From the NCBI GenBank assembly GCA_963774305.1, contig CAVZEM010000007.1:93231-157230 (forward strand): DNA of 64,000 nt, read 5' to 3'. This DNA comes from an uncultured Solirubrobacterales bacterium (GTDB lineage Bacteria; Actinomycetota; Thermoleophilia; Solirubrobacterales; 70-9). The notes below the pieces were generated by a model. The model was not told the origin of the DNA and made no database searches. It worked only from the letters and a program-made list of their open reading frames with translations. The stretch's first letter is position 1. The number at the start of each line of letters is the position of its first letter. Position numbers and translations under genes: made by a program. This document shows, piece by piece, positions 28,051-37,391 of this stretch.

Positions 28051-28146
28051 CGGCTTCGCCTCCAGAACGCGGCTGCAGGCGGCCGCCCCACACAAGTCGC
28101 TTCGGGCTTCGCCCTTCGCTCCGAGGTGGAGCGGCCTGGCAGCCGC
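28050..28146 (+). repeat. R2 structured intergenic repeat
   Basis: ACGGCTTCGCCTCCAGAAC-GCGGCTGC-...-GGGCTTCGCCC-CGCTCCGAGGTGGAGCG-...-GCAGCCGC, flanked by TGA (upstream gene) and TTA (the usp stop on the minus strand). Confidence 0.85.
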
Positions 28147-28851
28147 TTAGACCTTCGCGGCGACCCGCTTGACGATGCCGGGCTTCGAGAACCTGACCGC
28201 GGCGCCGCGCGGGACAGCGATCACCGGGGTGTTCGAGGTCTCGATCGCGTAGCCGGCGCGAGCGCTGAGGTTGACGTGACCCTTGGGAGACGCCGGCGAG
28301 GAGCCGACGACCAGCAGGTCGGCGCCCTCCGGGCGGTCGGCGACGGTCCCGCCGAGTGCGTCGGCGAGGCCCTTGGCCGTCTCGAGCGCGGCGTCATCGC
28401 CATCGTCCTCGGGCAGCACGCCGACGGTCTTGATCTCGTGGTTCTGGTTGCGATAGCCGGCGGGGGCGATCGCAACGGCGGCGGGGCCGCCGGTCAGCAT
28501 TCGCTGGGCGGAGGTGCCGGGCATGACGGCGCCCTCGGCCGTCCGGTAGTCGGAGCCGAAGACGATCAGGTCGGCCTTCTCGCTCTCGGCCAGCTCCCAG
28601 AGGCCCGTGCCGGTCGAGGCGTGGACCACGACGTGCTGATCGATCTTCTCGTCGCCCAGCGCCTCGGCGCCGTGCTTGAGCAGCTCGTCGGCCTCCTTCT
28701 CCTCCAGCGCTTCACGCGCGCTGTCGGGCTGCTGCGTGTGACGCACGTAGGCGAGAGAGATCTCTCCGCCCAGCTCGCCCAGCGTGCGGCCCAGGGCGAG
28801 CGCGTCCCTGTCGTTGTCGGTGTCGTCATAGGAAACGATGATCTTGGCCAT
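28147..28851 (-). CDS. Universal stress protein (tandem Usp domains)
   Basis: From the ATG at 28851: MAKIIVSYDDTDNDRDALALG...LIVFGSDYR...LLVVGSSPASPKGHV. Confidence 0.8.
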   Translation of the reverse strand: MAKIIVSYDDTDNDRDALALGRTLGELGGEISLAYVRHTQQPDSAREALEEKEADELLKHGAEALGDEKIDQHVVVHASTGTGLWELAESEKADLIVFGSDYRTAEGAVMPGTSAQRMLTGGPAAVAIAPAGYRNQNHEIKTVGVLPEDDGDDAALETAKGLADALGGTVADRPEGADLLVVGSSPASPKGHVNLSARAGYAIETSNTPVIAVPRGAAVRFSKPGIVKRVAAKV

Positions 28852-28947
28852 TGCGATCTCCTGTCTGAGGTCTTTGCGATTCCGAAGTTCGCCGCCATGG
28901 TGCCCGCGTCCTGCCATTAGTACAAGTACTTCTCATAATCTCTAGAA

Positions 28948-28960
28948 TTAGCATTGCTAA
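28948..28960. promoter_or_regulatory. LysR-type T-N11-A palindrome
   Basis: TTAGCATTGCTAA is a perfect inverted repeat in the AT-rich usp/lysR divergent region. It abuts the lysR start codon. Confidence 0.45.
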
Positions 28961-29868
28961 TGCTGAACGTTCAGCGACTCAGAGTGCTCAGGGAGGTGCT
29001 TGCGCAGGGATCGTTCTCCGAGGCGGCGAGTGCCCTCAACTACACCCAGTCCGCCGTCTCCCAGGCGATCGCGACGCTGGAGGCGGAGGCGGGAGTTCCC
29101 CTGCTCGAGCGGGACCGTCGCGGCGTGCGCCCGACCACCGCGGGCGAGCGGCTCAACGAGCACGGGATGCGGATCCTTGCGCAGCTCGATGCCGCCGAGG
29201 CCGAGCTCGGCGCGATCGCCGGCGTCAGGGGCGGGGAGCTTCGGATGGCGTCATTCCCGACCGCCGGCGCGACCCTGATGCCCCTCGCGATCGCGTCGTT
29301 CCGCAGCGCCCACCCCGAGGTCACGCTCAGCCTGATCGAGGGAGAGCCCGAGGAACTCACCCCGAGGCTGCGCGAAGGTGAGTTCGACCTGGCCCTGATC
29401 TTCGAGTTCGAGGGGACCGGGGAGCTCGGCCCGGGACTGCGCTCCACGTCGCTCTTCGAGGACCCGATGAAGCTCGCGCTTCCCAAGGCCCATCCGCTGG
29501 CGGGCAAGGAGCGGATCACCCTGAAGGACCTCGCGGAGGACGCCTGGGTGCAGACCTCGGAGGCGAGCGCGTGCGCCCGCCATGTGGTCCGGATCTGCCG
29601 CGATGCCGGCTTCGAGCCCCGTGTCTCGTTCGAGTCGGACGACTACCTCACCGTGCAGGGACTGGTTGCCGCCGGCGTGGGCGTGGCCCTGATCCCGGAA
29701 CTCGCCCTCTCGCAGACGGTCAGCTACGACATCGCCGTCACCGAGCTCCATCCCACCGCGCCGGTGCGGCATGTCGTCGCCGCGACCCGGGGCTCGGGTG
29801 TCTCGCTGCCGGCTGCGGCGGCGATGCTGGACATCCTCCAGAACGAAGCCCGCCGCTACCAGCGCTGA
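28960..29868 (+). CDS. LysR-family transcriptional regulator
   Basis: MLNVQRLRVLREVLAQGSFSEAASALNYTQSAVSQAIATLE (wHTH) plus a LysR substrate-binding domain. The ATG at 28960 is preferred over the TTG at 28954. Confidence 0.9.
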   Translation: MLNVQRLRVLREVLAQGSFSEAASALNYTQSAVSQAIATLEAEAGVPLLERDRRGVRPTTAGERLNEHGMRILAQLDAAEAELGAIAGVRGGELRMASFPTAGATLMPLAIASFRSAHPEVTLSLIEGEPEELTPRLREGEFDLALIFEFEGTGELGPGLRSTSLFEDPMKLALPKAHPLAGKERITLKDLAEDAWVQTSEASACARHVVRICRDAGFEPRVSFESDDYLTVQGLVAAGVGVALIPELALSQTVSYDIAVTELHPTAPVRHVVAATRGSGVSLPAAAAMLDILQNEARRYQR

Positions 29869-29874
29869 CAAAGG

Positions 29875-29906
29875 CCGCCGCCCCCACCTTGCGGCGGGGG
29901 CGGCGG
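29875..29906. terminator. GC-rich hairpin between convergent lysR and amt
   Basis: CCGCCGCCCCC-accttgcggc-GGGGGCGGCGG. Confidence 0.5.
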
Positions 29907-29933
29907 ACGAAACGGACTTCTCGAGCCGGGGCG

Positions 29934-31319
29934 CTAGCTTGACTGCGCTCCGGCGGGGAAGGCCAGCGACGGCACGTCCGAGGGGTAGACCTCGTGACCG
30001 TGCACGGCGATGTCGCCTTCCTCCAGGTCGGCCTCCTCCATACGGAGCGACACGAACAGTCCCACGATCTTCAGCAGGATGAACGTGGCGATTCCCGAGA
30101 AGAGGATCACCCAGAGGGCGGTCTCTGCCTCGTCCTTGAGGAGCTCCCAACTGCCTCCGTTGAACACGCTGGCGAAGCCCGGCAGGTCCGTGGCTCCACC
30201 ACCGGTCGCGCCGTAGAGGATGATGTTGGGATCCGCGAAGAACCCGAGCAGCAGGCCGCCGAAGAGGCCGGCGAACCCGTGGGTGTAGATCACGCCCAGG
30301 GTGTCGTCGACGTTGCGGAACGGCCGCATCCGGCTCAGGTAGTTGAGGGCGAAGTAGCACAGAATGCCCCCGATCAACCCGATGCAGAGCGCCCCCCAGC
30401 CGTTGACGAAACCGGCGCAGGGAGTGATCACCACGAGACCGGTGATCATGCCGTTGACGCTCGAGATCAGGCTGGGCTTGTGGCCCGTCACGTAATCGAG
30501 AGCGATCCATGAGAGGAACGCGACCGCCGCTGCCAGGTTCGTGTTGAGAACCGCCAGCGACGCATCGGTGCCCGCGTAGTACGGGTCCCCTCCGTTGAAT
30601 CCGTTCCAGCCGAGCCACAGCAGGCCTGCGCCCGTCGCAACCATCAACAGGTTGTTCGGAGCGTCGATCTCGCGGTCACGCTGGAGCCGAGGTCCGATCA
30701 CCGCCGCGGCGACGAAGCCGGAGACGCCCGCAGACAGGTGGATCACGTAACCACCCGAGAAGTCAAGCGCGCCGTGCGTCGCCCAGAAGCCGCCGCCCCA
30801 GATGAGGAAGGCGTTGATGGTGTAGACGATGCTCGACCAGAGGATCACGAACGGGATCCAGGCCCGGAAGTTGATCCGGCCAAGCACCGATCCGAGCATC
30901 AGGATCGGCGTGATCGCCGCGAATACGAACTGGAAGTAGACCAGCGTCGGTTGGCTGAAATTGAACGCCGGCCCGGTGGTGATTCGCGGAATCAGCGCCT
31001 GCGACTGCTCCGAGGCAGTTGACAGAACCGAGTGCGGCGTTCCCCACATCGTGCTGAAGAAGCCGGTATCGGCGCCGAAGATGTGCATCGGAGCGCCAAA
31101 GGCCATCTTGAACCCGTAGAGAACCCAGACGATCAGCACCAGGGCGAACGCGACGAAGGTCATCATCATCGAGTTCACCGACCAGCGCTTCTGCATCACG
31201 CCGCCGTACAGCACGGCCAGGCCGGGCACACTCATGAGCCCGACCAGGGTCGCGGCGGTGAGCTGCCAGGCATTGTCGCCAGGGTTCACAAAATCGGGAT
31301 AAGGCACCCACGTAGGCAT
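29934..31319 (-). CDS. amt: Ammonium transporter
   Basis: From the ATG at 31319: MPTWVPYPDFVNPGDNAWQLTAATLVGLMSVPGLAVLYGG...DFSGGYVIHLSAG...GFNGG...VDDTLGVIYTHGFAG. Confidence 0.92.
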   Translation of the reverse strand: MPTWVPYPDFVNPGDNAWQLTAATLVGLMSVPGLAVLYGGVMQKRWSVNSMMMTFVAFALVLIVWVLYGFKMAFGAPMHIFGADTGFFSTMWGTPHSVLSTASEQSQALIPRITTGPAFNFSQPTLVYFQFVFAAITPILMLGSVLGRINFRAWIPFVILWSSIVYTINAFLIWGGGFWATHGALDFSGGYVIHLSAGVSGFVAAAVIGPRLQRDREIDAPNNLLMVATGAGLLWLGWNGFNGGDPYYAGTDASLAVLNTNLAAAVAFLSWIALDYVTGHKPSLISSVNGMITGLVVITPCAGFVNGWGALCIGLIGGILCYFALNYLSRMRPFRNVDDTLGVIYTHGFAGLFGGLLLGFFADPNIILYGATGGGATDLPGFASVFNGGSWELLKDEAETALWVILFSGIATFILLKIVGLFVSLRMEEADLEEGDIAVHGHEVYPSDVPSLAFPAGAQSS

Positions 31320-31522
31320 GAGTTCTGCCTTCTCCTTTCTTTGGATATCGAGCAATGGCGATGCCTGCCTGGCCGTCGAGGTGACGTCCGGACCGGTAAA
31401 GCCGCGCTGGAGGGTGCCTGAACGGGGGGCCACCTCCTACCTCCAATGGGAGGAAATCCCACATCGCTATCTCGACACTCGGTCGAAGCCAGGTCCGGGA
31501 TCCCGCGCCTAGACTGGCTTTC

Positions 31523-31846
31523 ATGCCGCTCGAGGGCCACTGGTCACGCGTCAACACCCCATTGCGGGAGACGACCGGACGTGAGCGCCGTCTCGTGCGC
31601 GGATTGGCGGCCCTGCTCGGGATCGCCGCCGTAGTCGCCATAGTCGCGCTCGTGGCAAACGGCTCAAACTCCCCCTCCACACCGGCGGGCTGCATCCGGA
31701 TCGAGGTCGCGAGCACCATGGGAGGCGGCTCGACGCAGCTCTGCGGGCAGACGGCGCGCCACTTCTGCCTCAGCCCAGCCGCCGACGACGAGCAGAGCTA
31801 TCTGGCGAAGTGCCGGGACGCCGGCTATCCCGTGCGGTCTCAATAG
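31523..31846 (+). CDS. Small membrane-anchored Cys-containing hypothetical protein
   Basis: TM segment (LAALLGIAAVVAIVALV) followed by a roughly 60-aa domain with 4 Cys. No family recognised. Confidence 0.45.
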   Translation: MPLEGHWSRVNTPLRETTGRERRLVRGLAALLGIAAVVAIVALVANGSNSPSTPAGCIRIEVASTMGGGSTQLCGQTARHFCLSPAADDEQSYLAKCRDAGYPVRSQ

Positions 31847-31855
31847 CCTGAAGGC

Positions 31856-32911
31856 GTGAGCGCCGAGGAGCGGATCCTCACCCAGGCCGAGCTGAACAGG
31901 GCCCTGCTGGCGCGCCAGCTGCTGCTCGACCGCGCGAAGGGCACGATCCCCAAGGTGCTCGAGCGGATGGGGACCCTGCAGGCGCAGTATGCGCCGTCGA
32001 TGTACATCGGGCTCCATTCGCGCATCGCGGGGTTCGAGCGTGCGCAGCTCGACCGGGCGCTGGAGCGGCGCACGGTCGTGCAGGGCACCCTGATGCGGGC
32101 GACCATCCACGTCGTCTCGGCCTCCGACTACTGGCCGATCGCGCTCGGCGTGCGGCGCGCCCGGCGCGAGTCCTGGCTCGCGACCTCCTACCGGAAGAAC
32201 TACAGCGCCTCGCAGCTGTCCTCCGCCGCCCGCAGGCTGCGCAAGCGGCTGGGTGACGGCACGCTGGGACGCAAGGAGATCCACCAGCTGCTCGGCTCGG
32301 ACAGCGTGCTCACCAACGGGGTGAACATGTGGCTGGACCTGGTCAGGGTTCCTCCCTCGGGCACCTGGGACCACCGGAGGGCCGACCTCTACGCCAACGC
32401 GGCGGCATGGCTCGGCCCGCCTCCGTCCGGGCTCGACGAGGCCAAGGGCATCGAGGCGCTGACGCGCCGCTACCTCGGCAGCTTCGGCCCCGCGACGCCC
32501 GACGAAATCGCCAACTGGATGGGATTGCACCCGAAGCGACTCGCCCCTGCCCTCGAGCGCCTGAAGCTCCGCCGCTTCGAGGCCGAGGACGGTTCCCAGC
32601 TCGTCGACCTACCGCGGGCGCCACTGCCCGACCCCGAGACACCCGCGCCGGTTCGATTTCTGCCCAACTGGGACGCGACCCTGCTCGTCCACGCGCGGCG
32701 CACGGGGATCCTGCCGGAGGAGCACCGGACGAAGGTGTTCAGCACCAAGACGCCGCAGTCCATCCCCACCTTCCTGGTCGACGGCCGGGTTGCCGGCACC
32801 TGGAGCCATGAGAAGGGCAGGGTCAGGACCAAGCCGTTTGGCCGCCTCGACGCCGCCGCCAGGCGCGAGCTGCGCGAGGAGGGCGAGCGCCTGGCAGAGC
32901 TGTACGCCTAG
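31856..32911 (+). CDS. YcaQ/AlkZ-like winged-helix DNA glycosylase family protein
   Basis: LLARQLLLDRA...LQAQYAPSMYIGLHSRI...VQGTLMRATIHVV..., typical of the DUF1006/YcaQ family. Confidence 0.7.
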   Translation: MSAEERILTQAELNRALLARQLLLDRAKGTIPKVLERMGTLQAQYAPSMYIGLHSRIAGFERAQLDRALERRTVVQGTLMRATIHVVSASDYWPIALGVRRARRESWLATSYRKNYSASQLSSAARRLRKRLGDGTLGRKEIHQLLGSDSVLTNGVNMWLDLVRVPPSGTWDHRRADLYANAAAWLGPPPSGLDEAKGIEALTRRYLGSFGPATPDEIANWMGLHPKRLAPALERLKLRRFEAEDGSQLVDLPRAPLPDPETPAPVRFLPNWDATLLVHARRTGILPEEHRTKVFSTKTPQSIPTFLVDGRVAGTWSHEKGRVRTKPFGRLDAAARRELREEGERLAELYA

Positions 32912-33519
32912 AGATCCAGCCCCGCGAGCCAGCTCTCGACCGCGGTCCCGATGGCCTCCGGGTCAGACTTGAGGCTGTGGTCGCCGCGCACCTTGACCAC
33001 CTTCCGCCCGGGGCCCTCGGGAGGCACGCCGAAGCGGTCGCTCTCGCCCTGCACGATGAGCACCGGAATCGTCACCGCCTCGAGCTCGGGCAGCCGGCTC
33101 TGTGGCGGTTTGTCGCCTCGGCGGGGCGGCAGGAGGGGGAAGGCGAGGCAGAGCACCGCCGCCGCACCCGTCTCCGGCACGGTCCGGCAGGCGACCCGGG
33201 CACCCAGCGAGCGGCCACCGACGACCAGGGGCAGGTCAGCCAGTTCGTCGGCGCGAAGGTGCTCGATGACCGCGATCCAGGCCTCATCGAGACGCTTGGC
33301 GGGCGCAGGGGCGCGGCGGCCGGCCACGCGGTACGGCTGCTCGATGAGGGCGACCGAGAACCCCGCGGCCAGTGCTCCCTCTGCAGCTGCGCCAAGATCG
33401 GGGCCGTCGATCCCCGCGCCGGCACCGTGGCCGAGCACCAGAGCTCCCCTGGCCTTGTCAGCCGGATGCACGTGCGCTCGCGCGGGACCGGATGGAGTGT
33501 CGATCTGCGCGGGCGGCAA
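32908..33519 (-). CDS. Alpha/beta hydrolase (KANL3/Tex30-like)
   Basis: LVLGHGAGAG..., GGRSLGARVA nucleophile elbow, LCLAFPL and VQGESDRFG. Confidence 0.7.
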   Translation of the reverse strand: MPPAQIDTPSGPARAHVHPADKARGALVLGHGAGAGIDGPDLGAAAEGALAAGFSVALIEQPYRVAGRRAPAPAKRLDEAWIAVIEHLRADELADLPLVVGGRSLGARVACRTVPETGAAAVLCLAFPLLPPRRGDKPPQSRLPELEAVTIPVLIVQGESDRFGVPPEGPGRKVVKVRGDHSLKSDPEAIGTAVESWLAGLDL

Positions 33520-33572
33520 GGGACTTGGCAGGGCGGTCTTCGAACCAGGAACCAGGTTACGGTGTGCCGGAA

Positions 33573-33968
33573 ATGTCGGAAGCGAACGTCGAGGCTGTCC
33601 GGCGCCAGTACGAGCTGGTCGACCGGACGGGCGAGCTCTTGGCCGAGATCTACGATCCGGGCGCCGAATGGATGGCGGCCCGCGAGGATCCCGATGCCGA
33701 TACGCACCGGGGAAGGGACGCGATTCAGGCCTACATCACCAAATGGGTGGGCGCCTTCGAGGATGTCGAGCTTCGGGCCGCTGAACTCGTCGACGCGGGT
33801 GACAAGGTCTTTGCGTGGATCCACTTCTCGGGTCGGGGTGCGGCGTCCGGCGTACCGGTCGAGCTGAAGCAGGCTCAGGTCTGGAGCTTCAGCGGTGAGC
33901 AGGTGGTGCGGGTCGAGGAGTACTTCGACCGCGCAGAGGGCTTAGCCGCAGCCGGCCTGGCGCAGTAG
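33573..33968 (+). CDS. SnoaL-like/NTF2-fold protein
   Basis: MSEANVEAVRRQYELVDR...WSFSGEQVVRVEEYFDRAE. The ATG at 33573 follows a short untranslated gap. Confidence 0.65.
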   Translation: MSEANVEAVRRQYELVDRTGELLAEIYDPGAEWMAAREDPDADTHRGRDAIQAYITKWVGAFEDVELRAAELVDAGDKVFAWIHFSGRGAASGVPVELKQAQVWSFSGEQVVRVEEYFDRAEGLAAAGLAQ

Positions 33969-33992
33969 CTGCCTCCGATCGGGGGCGGTAGC

Positions 33993-34415
33993 TCACGCCG
34001 ACGTGTTCAGTGCCACGGCGGCGCGAATGAGTGCGGTCAACGCCTCTTCTTCGACCTTGTCGCCCTCATGGAAATCGATGGCACGCCTGGTGTTGCCTTC
34101 GAGGCTGGAGTTGAATAGACCTGAAGGATCGTTCAAAGCAGCGCCCTTGAAGAACGTCAGCTTGACCACGTTCTTGTAGGTTTCACCGGTGCAGATGCCC
34201 CCGCTGTGGGACCAGACCGGTGTTCCGGGGTTCGTGGGTTTCACCCACTTCCACTCCTCGACGACATCGGGGTCCGCTTCCCTGATGATTCCTCGCACCT
34301 TGCTGAGCGTCTCGCCCCGCCAATCACCCAGCTCCTTGATTCTCGCGTCTATCAGCTGAGAGGGAGAGTCGCCTCCTTCTCCTCCTTTTCCTTCCTTCGA
34401 GCCGCTCTTCGTCAT
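33993..34415 (-). CDS. DUF1801 (YdhG-like) domain protein
   Basis: From the ATG at 34415: ...IDARIKELGDWRGETLSKVRGIIREADPDVVEEWKW...KNVVKLTFFKGAAL. Confidence 0.7.
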   Translation of the reverse strand: MTKSGSKEGKGGEGGDSPSQLIDARIKELGDWRGETLSKVRGIIREADPDVVEEWKWVKPTNPGTPVWSHSGGICTGETYKNVVKLTFFKGAALNDPSGLFNSSLEGNTRRAIDFHEGDKVEEEALTALIRAAVALNTSA

Positions 34416-34753
34416 GGTTGTTGTCGCTCTGCCACGGAGATCGCCGTTGTGACGTCCGGAAGAAGCTGGGCGTGGACGACCTTCTTGTCCTCCGGGCGAA
34501 TTATGTAGAGCACCGCAAATCTTTGATCGATCTCGATTCCGCTGCGGGTGCCCTTTGCCCACATGCGCTGGTCGATCACCCAGCGTCCGTGACCGAGGTC
34601 AAATCCCTCCAGTGGATCTATGCGCAAGCCGTCCCAGGTCTCGCGCAGCGTCTCCCAATAGCGACGAATGTTGTCGCTCCCATGCATCGGCGCGACGTCA
34701 GTGAAGCCGGCAGAGACGTCGAAGACCGCATCCTTCGCATACATGTCGAGCAT
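34412..34753 (-). CDS. SnoaL-like/NTF2-fold protein, start codon unclear (possibly 5'-truncated)
   Basis: Homology-like sequence (EFLDQFDEHFDCWNRGQLDLMLDMYAKDAV...) continues in frame upstream of the first ATG, back to a TAG at about 34845, with no ATG or GTG. Confidence 0.5.
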   Translation of the reverse strand: MLDMYAKDAVFDVSAGFTDVAPMHGSDNIRRYWETLRETWDGLRIDPLEGFDLGHGRWVIDQRMWAKGTRSGIEIDQRFAVLYIIRPEDKKVVHAQLLPDVTTAISVAERQQP

Positions 34754-34980
34754 GAGGTCGAGCTGGCCGCGGTTCCAGCAATCAAAGTGCTCGTCGAACT
34801 GATCCAGGAATTCGGAAGGAAGGGCCTCGGCGATGATCCGAGCCTAACCGACGTAAGCGATCAAGCAGTGCGACGCCCCATCCGAGCTTCTCCCAGAACG
34901 TCTCCTTTGGAGGTTCCGACCCCTCCATATCGCCAACGTAGCCCCGCCCCCGATCCAGCGCATCGGGAAAATTCGCAACT

Positions 34981-35106
34981 GAGGTTTGTTACCACCGCCT
35001 TATCTCGGCCGCCAGGGGGGCGCAACAAGACCGCCGCTTCTCGTCCAAAGCAGCACTTCCGAAATCCCTCGATCCGCGACCGGGACCTCTGTTTTCACGC
35101 GAAGGG
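34981..35106 (+). repeat. R3 repeat blocks (GAGGTTTGTTACCACCGC ... GCTTCTCGTCCAAAG ... TTCACGCGAAGGG)
   Basis: Each block recurs elsewhere in 34.9-39.3 kb: 39219..39236, 38768..38782 and 38829..38841. Confidence 0.7.
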
Positions 35107-35246
35107 AACTGCGGCGCGTGGCCTCGCGGCCACTGCTCCCGATGAATACTGAAGCGCAGTCGCCTTCGCCGGTCTGGCGAGTCAGGACGATTTGCTCGAT
35201 GTCCTGATCGGCTAGGCGACAGACGAGCGGGCAGGCATGACGGCCG

Positions 35247-36173
35247 TTGGAGAAGATGCGTAGCGGAATGACCTTCGGACTCGCGCTCGCCCTGGCCTGC
35301 GCGCTCGGTACGAGCGTCTCCTTTCTGCTCAAGCAGCGCGGCGCAGTCTCGGCGCCGGCCGTGCGCGTTTGGCACCCGCTGCGAAGCGCTGTCGAGCTTT
35401 TCCGTTCCAAGTGGTTCGCGGTGGGCTGGCTGGTGGCATTGGTGGCCTGGGGGCTCCACGTCGGCGCCCTCGCGCTCGCACCATTGTCGGTCGTACAGGC
35501 CGTCCTCTCGAGCGGGTTGGTCTTCCTCGCGGTGCTCGCCGAGCGGTTCTTCGGCTTTCACCTCGGCCGTCGGCAGTGGGTCGGCCTGGGGATCACGGCC
35601 GTGGGGCTCGCCGTCATTGGGATCACCCAAGGGGCGCAGCCCAGCCATCCTCCGGGATACGCACTGGCCGCCTTGATCACCGTCGAATGCGGCGTCCTTC
35701 TTTTAGCCACCGGGCTTGCCGCGATGGCCGGCCGCCTCCGCGTCCTGCAGGCAAGAGAGGGCCTGCTCCTCGGCGCAGCTGCCGGCGCCCTGTTCGGCAT
35801 TTCCGACATCGCCCTCAAGTTCCTCACCCACGCCGTTCAGGGCGGGGTGCTCGAGTTGATCAGCCCGTGGGCATTGGCGGCGCTGGCCGCCTCGGTGATC
35901 GCCTTCTATGCCTCGGCCCGCGGCCTGCAGATCGGCCCGGGCGTCGAAGTCATCGCGCTGACCTCGATATCGGCCAACCTCGTCGCGATCGTCGGGGGTG
36001 TCCTGGTCTTCCGTGACTCGATCGGGACCGGGGCGGTGGCGATCGCCGGACGGATGATCGCGTTCGGACTCGTCATCGCAGGCGCGGCTCTGATCCCCGC
36101 GCCGCTCAGGGTCGCCGATCCGCACGACGAGCCCGCCGGGGCAGCTGCCACCGCGATCGGCTCAAACGAATGA
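35247..36173 (+). CDS. Multi-TM membrane protein, DMT/EamA-like
   Basis: About 9-10 hydrophobic helices in two halves. Family assignment is tentative. Confidence 0.55.
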   Translation: MEKMRSGMTFGLALALACALGTSVSFLLKQRGAVSAPAVRVWHPLRSAVELFRSKWFAVGWLVALVAWGLHVGALALAPLSVVQAVLSSGLVFLAVLAERFFGFHLGRRQWVGLGITAVGLAVIGITQGAQPSHPPGYALAALITVECGVLLLATGLAAMAGRLRVLQAREGLLLGAAAGALFGISDIALKFLTHAVQGGVLELISPWALAALAASVIAFYASARGLQIGPGVEVIALTSISANLVAIVGGVLVFRDSIGTGAVAIAGRMIAFGLVIAGAALIPAPLRVADPHDEPAGAAATAIGSNE

Positions 36174-36267
36174 GCTGGGACACGGCCAACAGCCAAAGCG
36201 CCGGAGCGCGATTGGGGTGCCCTCGCGTGTGAGCTGCGCTGCCCCTTGCGCGCGAAGCGAGCGCGAG

Positions 36268-36295
36268 TTCGAAAGCGCTCCTTTCCATGCAAAGC
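36268..36295 (+). repeat. R3 repeat block (TTCGAAAGCGCTCCTTTCCATGCAAAGC)
   Basis: Near-identical to 39178..39205. Confidence 0.7.
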
Positions 36296-36485
36296 AACAG
36301 TGCCCGGCTTCCACGAGACCGCCCCATTTCCATAGGGCTCGCGCTGTTGACCCTGATGGTGGGACCTCCAGCCCTCAAGCCCGATATAAGCACCGCCCGC
36401 TGAAGATCAGTAGTTCACGCGGATGACGAAAACGCTCCCCGGACTAGCGTCGGCGTGAGCGTGAAGGAGAGACAAAGGAGCGGCG

Positions 36486-36617
36486 ATGTACGCAAGCGTA
36501 CGCCGGTACAAGATGGGAGCTGGCTCGCTCGACTCCCTCACGCATCGCGTCGACGAGGAGTTCGCTCCCGCGCTGAACCGGTGGCGCAGCGGGCGAGCGC
36601 GGCTGCGCTCTTCGTGA
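36486..36617 (+). pseudogene. Fragment of an ABM-like (antibiotic biosynthesis monooxygenase fold) gene
   Basis: A good SD (GAAGGAGAGACAAAGGAG) precedes MYASVRRYKMGAGSLDSLTHRVDEEFAPALNR, which resembles the N-terminus of a roughly 100-aa family. The ORF ends after 43 aa. Confidence 0.4.
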
Positions 36618-36627
36618 GGCTGGGAAG

Positions 36628-37341
36628 ATGCCCGAAGGTCCCATCCTGGTCGTTGGAGCAGCTGGTCGGACCGGCCGCCTGATCGTTGGGCGCTTGGTCG
36701 AGCGCCGCGTTTCGGTTCGCGCCCTGGTCCGAGATCCGGCCAAGGGCCGCGAGGTCCTTCCGCCGGACGTGCCGCAATTCGTTGGAGACGTTCGCCGTAG
36801 CAAGACGCTGACGGAGCCGATCGCCGGCGCGCGCAGTGTGATCAGCGTTGCCTGCGGCAGCGTGGAGCACGGCGTGGAGCACGGAAACAGCGCCGAGATG
36901 GTCGACTACTACGGCACCTGCCACCTGATCCAGCAGGCGAGCGCCGCGAACGTCGATCTCATTGTCTTCGTCTCCACCATCTACGCCACCCGTCCCGACC
37001 ATTACCAGGATGTGGAGCCGACGAGCCTGGGATGGAAGGCAAGGGCCGAAGAGGTGATCCGACGCTCTCGGCTTCCGTACTGCATCATCCGTCCCGGCTG
37101 GCTCACGGACGGAAGTGGCGGTGAGCCGCTGATCGTGTCGCAGGGCGATACGGCCGAAGGCCGGATCTCACGGGCGGACCTCGCCGACGTCTGCACGCAA
37201 CTGCTCTTTCTCCCAGAGGCACGCGGAAAGACTTTCGAGGTCGTCAGGGCGCCGGCAGGGCGGGCGCCGAGCCTCGCATCCGCCATCGCAGCCCTGGAAC
37301 CCGACGCCGATGCGGCTCCGAGCTCGCCCGCCGCCCCATGA
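36628..37341 (+). CDS. NAD(P)-binding NmrA/SDR-like oxidoreductase
   Basis: ILVVGAAGRTGRLIVGRLVERRVSVRALVRDPAK Rossmann motif. Confidence 0.75.
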   Translation: MPEGPILVVGAAGRTGRLIVGRLVERRVSVRALVRDPAKGREVLPPDVPQFVGDVRRSKTLTEPIAGARSVISVACGSVEHGVEHGNSAEMVDYYGTCHLIQQASAANVDLIVFVSTIYATRPDHYQDVEPTSLGWKARAEEVIRRSRLPYCIIRPGWLTDGSGGEPLIVSQGDTAEGRISRADLADVCTQLLFLPEARGKTFEVVRAPAGRAPSLASAIAALEPDADAAPSSPAAP

Positions 37342-37391
37342 AGGCTTCGAATGGCCCGGGCCGCAGACCAACCAGGCGAAACGCGGGCGCT

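Noticed and set aside
31320-31522. Glutamine (glnA-type) riboswitch or GlnR box in the 200-nt amt leader
   Set aside because: Only a CGTTCA hexamer and a GGAGGTAGGAGG string are present, and they are in the wrong order for the glnA RNA motif. I could not identify convincing GlnR half-sites by eye.
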